NCBI GenBank assembly: GCA_012862495.1
Contig: BLSG01000115.1
Span: forward strand, 82,908 to 118,909
DNA: 36,002 nt
From: Thraustochytrium aureum
Taxonomy: Eukaryota
Reading direction: 5' to 3'
Position numbers and translations under genes: made by a program. Shown here one piece after another: positions 9,969 through 19,588 of the stretch. The notes below the pieces were generated by a model. That model was not told the origin of the DNA. It did no database searches and saw only the letters and a list, made by a program, of their open reading frames with translations. Position 1 is the first letter of the stretch. Every line of letters starts with the position of its first letter.

Positions 9969-10800
9969 CTACGGCTTGGGAATGCGGATTTGGGACACCA
10001 TGAGCAAGCCCATGACTGCGCAGATCGGCACAAAGGCCAGAGGCGGTGCTCGAGTCAGGCGCTGGGTTGACGGGAAGCCACCAAATGCATCAATGGCACC
10101 TGCAGGGCAGCGCAAGGCAACACGATTCCCCAGGCGAAAACTTACACAGGTAGAGGAGCGAAAAGGGGTGAAAGTGGCCCGGGTACAGCTCGTAGCGGCC
10201 ACCGTAAATGTCTTCGTTGCCCCACCGCTCGTTCCACCAGGCGACAAACAATAACGAGACGAGCATAAGCGATCCCGGGATCGGCATGCCCTCGTAGTAC
10301 TTGACCTTGCCTGTGCCGGCCGAAATCATGTCCGCAGTGACGTTATAACGCGCCAGTCGGGAGAGCCCGCACACCACAAACACAGTGAGGAAAACCGAGT
10401 CCCAAATGCCGCGCAGGCCCAAGGTGAAGCCGAGGGTGGCCGGGGCCACCCCGAACGAGATGAGGTCGGCGAGCGAGTCCAAGTCGCCCCCGAACGGCGA
10501 GGAGTACCGCCTGCGGGCCACCCATCCGTCAATCAGGTCGAAGAAAAGAGCGAAGGGGAAGAGCGCGAACGCGATGCCCATGTAGCGGGCGTAGTGATCG
10601 TTCACGAGGTAGTTGAGGCAGAGGAAGATGACGCTCATCCCGCAGACGGCGTTGCCCATTGTGACAAAGTCGGCCATCCCAATCTCGTGGCGCAGGCTCG
10701 GCAAGCGCGTCATCTCGGCCTGCTCCGACTCGTCGCGCTGCGGCACAGCAGCCCCCGAGCCAGCGGTCCCACTCTTGCCTCGCTGGCGTGTGGTGGACAT
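9969..10800 (-). CDS. CHO1: CDP-diacylglycerol--serine O-phosphatidyltransferase (PssA/Cho1 type); exons 10800-10146 and 10015-9969
   Basis: ADFVTMGNAVCG, CDP-alcohol phosphotransferase motif DLIDGWVAR...GGDLDSLADLISFGVAPA, RLARYN, YYEGMPIP. Spliced C-terminus HPFSLLYLFMGLLMVSQIRIPKP* matches Cho1-type ends. Confidence 0.92.
10016..10145 (-). other. Spliceosomal intron (130 nt) in phosphatidylserine synthase gene
   Basis: GTAAGT donor at 10145, CTGAC at 10058-10054, CAG acceptor ending 10016; phase-1 join gives TTC (Phe) and the conserved ...IPKP* end. Confidence 0.9.
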
Positions 10801-11404
10801 TTTGCCCTCCCGCCCCAACCTCTCTGTTGCAACGCGCGAACGCCGCAGCTCCAGCGGCCGCTCGACCCAGAGAGATGCCTCTGCTCGTCGTGCCGATGCG
10901 CTCCAGCGCCTTGCGCGCCTGCCCGGCTGCTTTGAGGGCTGCTGGCGCGGCGGGAATCGGCGAGGTCGATGCGTGTCTGCTCGCCTCGAGGCTGGTGTGC
11001 GCGCGACAGACAGAGCACGTGTCCATCGCCAAAGGCCGTTGAGACGCGCTCGAATCGAGCGGCCTCCGCGCGCCCCAAGACGAGGCGAAGGGCTCGCGAG
11101 GGCCCGGCAGCGAGTCCGCGTGGCAATGCCCGCGTTGACGTCTCGCGGGAGGCCTGGGAAGGACGCCGCTTGCGACCTGGAGGCCTCTCGCAAGGACGAC
11201 TAACCGCTTGGCGCGGCAGCCACCTCCAGCGGCGCCGTGCGGGTGGGGCGCGGCAAGCTCCAAGGCCTATGCGGCTCGCCCGGCTCTGCAAGCGGTGGGG
11301 GCGCGGCGGGCGCGAGGGTCGAGGTACGGAAGCTGGTTCATTAGTCAGTTGCGGTTGCTCTCGCCGGTCCAGGCCGGTCCGTCTTTGGCCGCTGCGGTCC
11401 TCGT

Positions 11405-11474
11405 TGGCTGCAGGAAAGCCAGCGCTTTCGCACGGAGCGTGGCTGCGCGAAAGCCAGCGCTTTCGCACGGAGCG
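11405..11474. repeat. Near-perfect 35-bp tandem duplication containing an 8-bp hairpin (GCGAAAGC-CAGC-GCTTTCGC)
   Basis: GAAAGCCAGCGCTTTCGCACGGAGCG at 11414-11439 and 11449-11474. Confidence 0.85.
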
Positions 11475-11520
11475 GGCCGGCCGGGTATTGCTCAGGGGTC
11501 TCGCCACGGTCTGTCGCTCT

Positions 11521-11766
11521 CTACTTGAAGCAAGAGAAGATGCCGAAGCGATCGCTCTTCTTCACTGGGGCGACGCTGTCCCCAGCCGCGTCCTCGACTG
11601 CTGGGAGCGCGCCCTTGGCCGACTCGCGCGGGCCCCGGCACTTGCCATCTTGCCAGCCGCTGCAGCGCTCCTCCTCCGGCAGCCCGCCGAGCGCCGAGTC
11701 GATGTGCATGCCGCAGCCGGCCCAGGTCGCCAGGCCGCACTCCGAGCAAGACACCTTGCGGCACAT
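11521..11766 (-). CDS. Small Cys/His-rich conserved hypothetical protein (81 aa), probable zinc binder
   Basis: MCRKVSCSECGLATWAGCGMHIDSALGGLPEEERC fits the widespread uncharacterised pattern MCxxxxCxxCGKxTWxGCGxHV...VPxxxRC. Confidence 0.8.
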   Translation of the reverse strand: MCRKVSCSECGLATWAGCGMHIDSALGGLPEEERCSGWQDGKCRGPRESAKGALPAVEDAAGDSVAPVKKSDRFGIFSCFK

Positions 11767-12857
11767 TCTCCCTTCGCCTGCCTGCCCGCTCGAGTCTCAG
11801 CCACGGCGCTGGGCAGCTTTTTCAACGAGTCTGTTGAGGACCCGCGAACGGATCACTGCGCAAATCGCCAAATGTTGACAAGACCAGCGCGTCCTTTGCC
11901 GTTTGCGTTGGGGGTTTGCAGCTGGACTTCTCGCGCCGCAGAATGTCGTGCTGCAAAACTCCAGCCGATGGCCCGCCGACGTTGGAAGGCCCGTCACAGC
12001 CAACGCCTCGATGGCGGCAAATCACCGAGGCAAATACTCCCGTCCGGCACGCACACCGCGCAGTCCGTTACGACAACCAGGGGCAGGGCCCTCTTGAGAG
12101 GCCGGCTCATTAGGAAGGGCGGCGCTACCGCCTCGGCGGTCGGCCGGACCTCGCCAACGCCTCGACTGCAACCAAGACATTGCGCTGCTCGAGGGCTTGA
12201 GAATGAGCAGGGCGCCGCCACACAAACCCCGTCACCAAACCCCGCGACGCGAGTTGCAGTCAGCCGTGTGCCGTGTGCCGTGTGCGGCAAGCGAGAACCG
12301 TCAGCGACCACCTCAAGGCCCGCGTGTGCGGCTAGCTCGGGCAATTGGCGAGCAAGCGGCAAGGTGCCACACGACGGCTACAGACGACGACCGTCTTGTT
12401 AATTTTTATCTACAAAACCAAGCCGGCCAGAAACCAGCGCGGCAAAAACCGGCGCGATCGCAGCCAGCCGCTCGGGCCAGCCAGCCTCGCGCGCGGCCCG
12501 AGCAACGCGGTCCAAGCCGTTCGTTCGGCCACAAGCCATTCGGCCACCACCTGGACGAACGGAAACATGACACCGTCTATAATCGGTTGTTTGAATCAGA
12601 TTCAATCGATTGATTAACCCCGAATGTGCTTTCGCAGTGTCGATCGATTGACGGGGACGGGCCTCCCGCACGACCAACCGCTCGACCGCGCGCGCGGCGG
12701 AGACGCGCGGAATCACTGGCTCGGACGCTCGGTCGCTCATACTTGGCTGCTGCCTCGCTCGCTCGGGTTTGCTCGCGCGGACCCGTCGACGCGGGCGCTT
12801 GGTCGCACTCCGCTCGTGCATGTAACGTGACGCTCGGTGGCCCTCTCGGACTGACTG

Positions 12858-12939
12858 GCTCGCTGACGCGGTCGCTCGGTCGCTCGCTGACGCGGTCGCT
12901 CGGTCGCTCGCCGACGCGGTCGCTCGGTCGCTCGCCGAC
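12858..12939. repeat. 24-bp minisatellite (~3.4 copies, GCTCGCYGACGCGGTCGCTCGGTC) upstream of U1-C-like gene
   Basis: Read directly; partial units also at ~12720-12740 and ~12955-12967. Confidence 0.85.
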
Positions 12940-13006
12940 ACTCCCTGAAGAGGACGCTCGGTCGCTTGGACTCTTGCTCGCGCCGGGCCTCGCTGCTGCG
13001 TTCAGG

Positions 13007-13343
13007 ATGGGGCGGTACTTTTGCGACCTGTGCGACTTGTACTTGTCCAACAGCTCGATGAAGAGCAGGAGGCAGCACCTGTATGGGTGGCGGCACAGAG
13101 ATAACTTTATCAAGTACTACACGCATGTGCTGGAGAAGCAGAGGCATGATATGATGGTCGCGCAAGGCGCGCAAAGGGGCCGGGGCTCCGCCCGTGTATG
13201 GGCAGCAGGTGTTGCCACCTGGAGGGTACCCGCCGCCGTTTGCGCCCGGGGCGCAGAGCGGAGCGCCGCCTGCGCAGGTCTACGGGCAAGGGTACGGCGC
13301 GCCGGGGCCGCAACAAGGCGGCGGCTATGGACATGGCCGGTAG
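13007..13343 (+). CDS. U1 snRNP C (U1-C)-like zf-U1 protein
   Basis: MGRYFCDLCDLYLSNSSMKSRRQHLYGWRHRDNFIKYY (matrin/U1-C C2H2). Correcting a 1-nt indel at ~13175-13185 gives a Pro/Gly/Tyr-rich tail APPVYGQQVLPPGGYPPPFAPG...GYGHGR*, TAG 13341-13343. Confidence 0.8.
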
Positions 13344-13510
13344 GTCGGTCACGCGCCCCGCCGGCGCAAAGCGTCGGAACTTGTACTTATCCAGGAGAAA
13401 AAGACAGAGTCGTTCATCAGAAGGCCAGCGCCCTCCACTAGCTCGAGCTAGAAGCTGCACCCGGGCTCGGGCCTCGGGGCAAACTCGCGCGTGGGCGCCG
13501 GTTGCTACGC

Positions 13511-14056
13511 TCAGGACTCGGGCGCGCCACCCTTCGCGGCGAGCTCCTTGAACGGCGCCATCAGCTTGTCCGCGAAACGGACCGTCAGTCGCTTCATCGT
13601 GTGAGGCATGTAGACGCCAAGATAAGTGAACACCTTCTCCTTCTGGCTGCCGAAAAACCAGGCCTCCAAGATGTTGTTGGAGGCCGCCACGAGCATGAGG
13701 GCGGCGCATCGCTCCACCCGCATCCCCGAAGCAATGTTCGGGTCCTCGACGCCAAGCGCGCGGCCTTCTCCCACAAGCGCGTTCCGCGCCACGTCGGTAC
13801 GCACGCTGCCAGGGCAAATGTTGGAGATGTGGATGTTGTACCGCGCGAGCTCGACGCGCAGCGAGTCAAAGTATCCCATCATGGCCCACTTGGCCCCGCA
13901 GTACGCGGTGCGCGCAGGGGTCCACAATTTGCCTGCCAGCGAGACCGTGTTGATGATGTGGCCACTGCCGCGCTGGATCATCCCGGGCAGCACCACCTTG
14001 GTGATCTTGACGTGGGCCAGGTAGTCCACGACCGTCACGCGCTCATCGATGCCGTG
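13511..14056 (-). CDS. Short-chain dehydrogenase/reductase, DHRS7-like (N-terminus in N gap)
   Basis: GHIINTVSLAGK, catalytic YCGAK, FDSLRVEL, ICPGSVRT, ERCAALMLVAASNNILEAW...TYLGVYMP (DHRS7-like tail). Confidence 0.88.
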   Translation of the reverse strand, partial: HGIDERVTVVDYLAHVKITKVVLPGMIQRGSGHIINTVSLAGKLWTPARTAYCGAKWAMMGYFDSLRVELARYNIHISNICPGSVRTDVARNALVGEGRALGVEDPNIASGMRVERCAALMLVAASNNILEAWFFGSQKEKVFTYLGVYMPHTMKRLTVRFADKLMAPFKELAAKGGAPES

Positions 14057-14778
14057 NNNNNNNNNNNNNNNNNNNNNNNNNNNNNNNNNNNNNNNNNNNN
14101 NNNNNNNNNNNNNNNNNNNNNNNNNNNNNNNNNNNNNNNNNNNNNNNNNNNNNNNNNNNNNNNNNNNNNNNNNNNNNNNNNNNNNNNNNNNNNNNNNNNN
14201 NNNNNNNNNNNNNNNNNNNNNNNNNNNNNNNNNNNNNNNNNNNNNNNNNNNNNNNNNNNNNNNNNNNNNNNNNNNNNNNNNNNNNNNNNNNNNNNNNNNN
14301 NNNNNNNNNNNNNNNNNNNNNNNNNNNNNNNNNNNNNNNNNNNNNNNNNNNNNNNNNNNNNNNNNNNNNNNNNNNNNNNNNNNNNNNNNNNNNNNNNNNN
14401 NNNNNNNNNNNNNNNNNNNNNNNNNNNNNNNNNNNNNNNNNNNNNNNNNNNNNNNNNNNNNNNNNNNNNNNNNNNNNNNNNNNNNNNNNNNNNGGGCGCT
14501 GCTGCGTGCGCTTGCTTGCAGGGTTGTCGCCGGACCGACCTTCCTTTCTCGCCATTTTCTGCGAGGGAGTGCGTGCCTGCTGGGGTCCTTCGCCGCGCTC
14601 GCGCAGAGCCAGGGCGAGCCAAGCAGCAAGCAGGTAGTACTGCAAAGAGAGCGGGCCTCCGAACTGGAAGAGTCTGCTTATTGAAATATAGGATGAGTAC
14701 TTGTGCGCCTGCCTCGGGCGGCCGCACGAACTGGCGAGATCGCCTTGCTGTGGCGCGAGCGCCTCGGCGATACGCCTC

Positions 14779-15681
14779 TCAGGATGTTTTGCTCTTGGCC
14801 TCAGCGGGCGACTTGCCGATGACGAAAGCGACGAGCAGCAAGAAGAACAGGGCGCCGTGGAAAACAAGGCCTGTGTTGCACATCTCGGTCAGCGCCTTGC
14901 CAGCAGCGCTCGGCTTGGCAACCGCCTCAAACTCGGTCTTGGCGACAAACTCTCCGCCAAACATGCCGGCATGAAGCAGCATGCCGAGAGCGCAGGCCGC
15001 GCGCGTGGGCTTGAGCGACATGATGAGAAACATGGTGGCGACGCAGGCGAGCGCTCCGTGCACGCCCACGACCGGCATGACGCCTTTGCCGACCGGGGTC
15101 AAGATGCTGGTGGAAAACCCAGGGACCATAAACGTGTAAAACCTTTCGGAGTCCATCGCGCTCGCCGCGTTGATGCCGATCTCCAGCAGGCACGTCGCCT
15201 TGATGATGAGGCTGGCCACCGTCGAGGTCGATCGCTGCACCTTGGGGTTGTTCTTGCGGCTCGAGGCGGCAAAGCCTACGGCGCAGAGCGCGACAGAGGC
15301 CGCCATGACAATCACCGACTTTTCCAGCGCGGCCGCGTGCATGTCTGTGAGGTCCTTGCTGGCGCTGGCCACGAGCGCGGCGCAGTCCCGCGTGTGGCAC
15401 GAGGCCGCGGCCATGTTGACAAGCATGAATATGGTAAAGCACAGCTTGGTGTCGCCGAGCAGAAGGGCGCCGAGCGCGAGCGATATCTCGTGCACCGCGC
15501 CCGCGCGTGCCAGGAACGAGAGGAACGCCACGCCCTCTGCGCCGCCCGCGTATCCGTTCGGCTCCGCGCCCCACACGTTGGCAAACGCGGCCGCCGGGTT
15601 CGCGCCGACCCACCCAGCATGAGCCAGCTTGAGCACGACCAGGCCCGCCCAGCACGCCTTGGACACCGCCGCGGCGATCAT
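14779..15681 (-). CDS. Uncharacterised multi-pass membrane protein (~300 aa, ~8 hydrophobic segments) with C-terminal KxKxx
   Basis: Long ORF with GC3-rich codons; probable start MIAAAVSK at 15681; repeated hydrophobic stretches; ends ...KSKTS*. Confidence 0.7.
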   Translation of the reverse strand: MIAAAVSKACWAGLVVLKLAHAGWVGANPAAAFANVWGAEPNGYAGGAEGVAFLSFLARAGAVHEISLALGALLLGDTKLCFTIFMLVNMAAASCHTRDCAALVASASKDLTDMHAAALEKSVIVMAASVALCAVGFAASSRKNNPKVQRSTSTVASLIIKATCLLEIGINAASAMDSERFYTFMVPGFSTSILTPVGKGVMPVVGVHGALACVATMFLIMSLKPTRAACALGMLLHAGMFGGEFVAKTEFEAVAKPSAAGKALTEMCNTGLVFHGALFFLLLVAFVIGKSPAEAKSKTS

Positions 15682-15746
15682 CCTGGCCGACGGCGGCCAG
15701 CAACAACGACACCAACCGCCAGAAGCCGGATGCGACCGCGACCGCG

Positions 15747-15880
15747 ACAACAGCAACAACAGCAGCAACAGCAACAACAACAACAACAACACGCCGAGCC
15801 CGGTGCCAAAGGCTCGCTCGCCAATCCTGCCCGCGCGCTCCGCTGCAGCTGCCGCTACTGCCGCTGCTGCTGCTGCTGCT
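15747..15880. repeat. (CAA/CAG)n and (GCT/GCC)n trinucleotide microsatellites
   Basis: acaacagcaacaacagcagcaacagcaacaacaacaacaacaac (15747-15790) and gctgcagctgccgctactgccgctgctgctgctgctgct (15842-15880). Confidence 0.85.
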
Positions 15881-16989
15881 TCTCCGCTGCCGTCGGCCCC
15901 TTCGACCGTCGCCAGCAAGGCCTCGCTGTTCCCCAGCGCCAACCTAACCCTCCCTCCCACCCTAACCTGCCCCGCAGTACGCCCTCCGCAATGAATAGAG
16001 GGCCCGCTCCACCGCCCTCTATCCCGGATCAGCAGAACAGAAAGAACAGTTCACCAAATAGAGGGTTTGCGTGGAACCTGTGGCTGCCAGCGGGATGGCG
16101 TTGGGAGGACTTTTCCTCGCCCTCAGAAAGCGCGCCGCGGGGCCGCGATTGCGGTCGCCTCACACGCGCGTGTGAGGGGGGACGGCGCATCTTTGGTAGA
16201 TTCGCCCGCTGCCCTCTGGTACACCGTGGAGTCTTGAGGGACCCTGACTGAGGAGAGGTGGAGGAGGGCAGGCGGCCCGCGATCTTCCTTTTCCTTTCTT
16301 TCTTTCTTTTCAAGCTCAATTGTGAGCAGAAACNNNNNNNNNNNNNNNNNNNNNNNNNNNNNNNNNNNNNNNNNNNNNNNNNNNNNNNNNNNNNNNNNNN
16401 NNNNNNNNNNNNNNNNNNNNNNNNNNNNNNNNNNNNNNNNNNNNNNNNNNTTTTTCTTTTTTTTGTATGAGAGGGGCCAAGCACAAGAATCCGCGCGGGC
16501 ATGGACTTTTCACCAGGCCGGGCATAAACAGGCCAGTTTCCTGGCTCTTCCGCACCGGTGTCCACTAGTTTCGCGAAACCGGCAAGCACTTGAGTCCCCG
16601 CTCCACCTCACCGCACACGCGCGCGGCTCCACTCCCTCCGCGTAAAGTGGCGCCGCGAATCGCCGTGTTTTCCGGCCTGTGTGGCTGCGGAGCGGCATGC
16701 AAGACGCCTCTGTTCGGGGGCAGAACGCGGGCGTTTTGTGGCGCCGCTCGTGTGTGCTGCGTTCCGCACAAATTCGGCCCTGGAGGCGATGGATGGATGG
16801 GAGGAGAAGAAAAGAAAAGTCAGCAGAAGCGTTTGGAGGCGGGCGACGACGTGCGGCAGCGGCGGCAGCGGGGCGCGCAAGGGCTGGCTGCGTGCGGCGG
16901 TACAGCCGAGGAGCCCGGCGAGCGCTGCTGTGCGGTACGCGCGCGACGACCGGCCCGGCGCCCGGTCTGGCCGAGGCTTCGCGGGGATC

Positions 16990-17019
16990 GGGCGGATTTG
17001 GGCGGATTTGGGCGGATTT
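16990..17019 (+). promoter_or_regulatory. Triple tandem GGGCGGATTT (GC-box-like) ~90 bp upstream of ATG 17112
   Basis: Three exact 10-mers seen; the regulatory role is inference only. Confidence 0.35.
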
Positions 17020-17111
17020 TTCGACGCTTTTTCGACGCCACCCAAAGTCGACCCCGGCGGCCGCGGAGCGCTGGGCGGTGTGGGACAGGCCGGCTGCGAA
17101 GGAACCCCGAG

Positions 17112-18918
17112 ATGGATGCCAAGCTGTTTTGCCCGCACTCGAAGGAGTATTGTGTCGGGTTTCAGTCGAGGTTTGCCACGCTGAAAGGGATTGAGAATAT
17201 GTGGACGCAGGTCAAGACGGACCAGTCTTGCGAATGGGAAAACCAGCAGCACGGACGGAACCACCACGTCAAGGTCGTGATCAATAAGCCAAAGGTGGGC
17301 GCCTTTTTGGCGCTGCAGCTGTGCCAGGGGGACGGCTCGCCCGCGCCAGACTTCACCAAGACAAAGAGCGGCGCCAAGAAGGCAACTATGCTCGTCGGCA
17401 TCGACGCCCGCGAACCTCGCCTCGGACTGTCCTGGACCGCGATGGTGCAAGAAGGCCCGCGAAAGTGGCTGCCAGCCTCGAGCGTGATCATCGAGGTAAA
17501 GCCGCGCCGGGCTGGCGCGCGATGCGACGTGACCGCGGATGATGAAGGGGCGCACATCGCCATTCCGGCCGACAAGTTTGTCATCATCCCGATCCGCATT
17601 GAAGTCCTCTCCGCGGCAAAGGGCGCTGGGGACTTTTCGCGTTACTCGGTGCACTGCTTCGAGACCAGCGGGGCCGACTCGCGGACGCCCTTGCCGGGGC
17701 CGGATACCTGGACCTGGCGATCCCCGCCGATCCTCATCGAAGCCAAGTGGCTCCCCGCTGCGCCGGTTCGCCTTACAAACAAGCAGCGCTTCGGGCCGCA
17801 GCGCCGTGTGGTTGGCCCCTCAGATACCCAGGGGCCCACACCGGCCGAGACAACTTGCCATTCTGGAGGTGGCTGCGGCTCTGGCGTCGGCACCGTGGGC
17901 CATGCGCACACGCACAACGAGAGAGTCTTTGGACCGGGACACTCTTCGGGTCGGCACGGGCACCAGAGCTTTGCCTCTGTGGAGCAGCTCGTGTCGACGT
18001 TTCGCTCCGTGTCGGCCTTCCTCGCAGATCCTTCCACGGTAGCACACGATCCGTCGCTGCTTGCCCAGCTCGAGGTCCCGATCCAAGAGCTGCAGTGCGC
18101 CCTCTCGTCATTCCACCTCCGTCGGGCTCAGCGGTTCGGCCCGTCCGGCGGGCAGGGCGCCTCGAGTGCCGCGCCGAGCAGGGCCGCCTCGCCTGCCTTC
18201 GGGATGGCGGNNNNNNNNNNNNNNNNNNNNNNNNNNNNNNNNNNNNNNNNNNNNNNNNNNNNNNNNNNNNNNNNNNNNNNNNNNNNNNNNNNNNNNNNNN
18301 NNNNNNNNNNNNNNNNNNNNNNNNNNNNNNNNNNNNNNNNNNNNNNNNNNNNNNNNNNNNNNNNNNNNNNNNNNNNNNCCGCCGCAGCCTCAGCAGGAGC
18401 GCGGCTTGGCGTACTCGGTGCCGCAGCGTCAGCAAGTCGATTCTGCGAGGCCGCTTCCTGTCGTAACCAAAACCGAGAACGTGCGCCCAAACGCAAGCCT
18501 GTCAAGAAAAAACCTGCTGCCGCCTCTGGGCAGCCGTTTCACCAGCACGCGCAGATGGACGCGGCGAAGAAGCCAAAGACGACCCACGAGCTCCTCAGCA
18601 GTCCGCCTCGCGGGCCGCGCTTCGCGCCGCTCCTCCCCCGAGATGATGGCTGCGTTTGCACTGCCTGGAAGCGCTCTGGGTTCTGCGCCAACAGCCCAGT
18701 CGTGCTCGGCCCAAAACTACGTTGGGGATTCGCGGTATAACGCAGCGGCGCTAGGGCGGGGGCAGAGTGCTTCTGCTTCTGACAGTTCGTTGGCCGAGTT
18801 TGGTTCTGGCGCGTCAGACCCCTCGTTCGCCGAGTTCAATCTCCTTGCGGCAGCGGCCTCCGCCACATCTTGCGTTGTACCCTCCAAGCCTGGAGCCACT
18901 GCGGACGTGGAATCCTGA
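17112..18918 (+). CDS. Hypothetical protein, putative Ig-fold (p53/STAT/CudA/CBP60-like) DNA-binding protein with disordered C-terminus; gap and probable frameshifts in 3' half
   Basis: Globular beta-rich N-terminal ~220 aa ending IRIEVLS...F...SPPILIEAK, then low-complexity region and NLS-like PKRKPVKKKP. Probable stop TGA 18916-18918; AATAAA at 19046-19051. Confidence 0.6.
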
Positions 18919-19588
18919 CCTGAACTCGTTCGATTTTTGTTGCAGGACGGCACAAGTCAACGAGGTAAAGCGCCCCCGTTCCCGCGGCCTTGCTTGCGTT
19001 GTCTGAAAAGGGCAGACGACGCGCAGGGCGCAGGGGCGAGCTCCGAATAAAGAATGGTTAGAGTAAGCTACTCGCTGCCTTTTAAAAGTACTCTACCAAA
19101 CAGAACCTTGTCGCGGGCGTCGTGCAGCATCGTATAGCTGCCATCCGGGAAACTCTTGCCTCCTCCGGGAACGTTTGATTCCCCACTGGCTTCAAGCACA
19201 GGCGGCTTCCAGCGCCATGGGGCTGGTTTAGCGACCCCTCCCCCACCCCCCCTCCAGCTTGCAGCCGCAGTGGCGCCGCGACACGCCCCGGTTGCTCTTT
19301 ACGCAGGGGGTCCGTCGCTTTGTAAAGAGCTCACCGGCCAAGTGGACCGGAGTAGATCGAGTCGGAACCGGGCTGGTCGCTTTTCGCTAGATCCTGGGCG
19401 GCTGCGGGTTGCACTCGTCACTTGAGGGCGCTCTGCAGCGTAACTCTGATGCCAGAGTGACCGTGGCGCGAGCATGGCCATTGTTTGGAATTGCGGGGAA
19501 ACAAACAGTCCGAGAACGTCTCACGTGCCGTCGATGATCAGCGGGCGCGCCTTGCCATTTCCAACCCGCAAACTTGCTTCGCATCGCC

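Noticed and set aside
10969..12402. 477-aa Arg/Ala-rich plus-strand ORF and similar shadow ORFs (e.g. 14701-16251, 29768-32410)
   Set aside because: High-GC or antisense shadow ORFs with no recognisable motifs.
13438..13451. Perfect palindrome CTAGCTCGAGCTAG between convergent genes (also GTTTCGCGAAAC at 16568-16579)
   Set aside because: Short palindromes of this length are expected occasionally by chance; no supporting context.
15941..15968. Telomere-like CCTAACCC motifs
   Set aside because: Only two isolated, non-tandem units within a C-rich tract.
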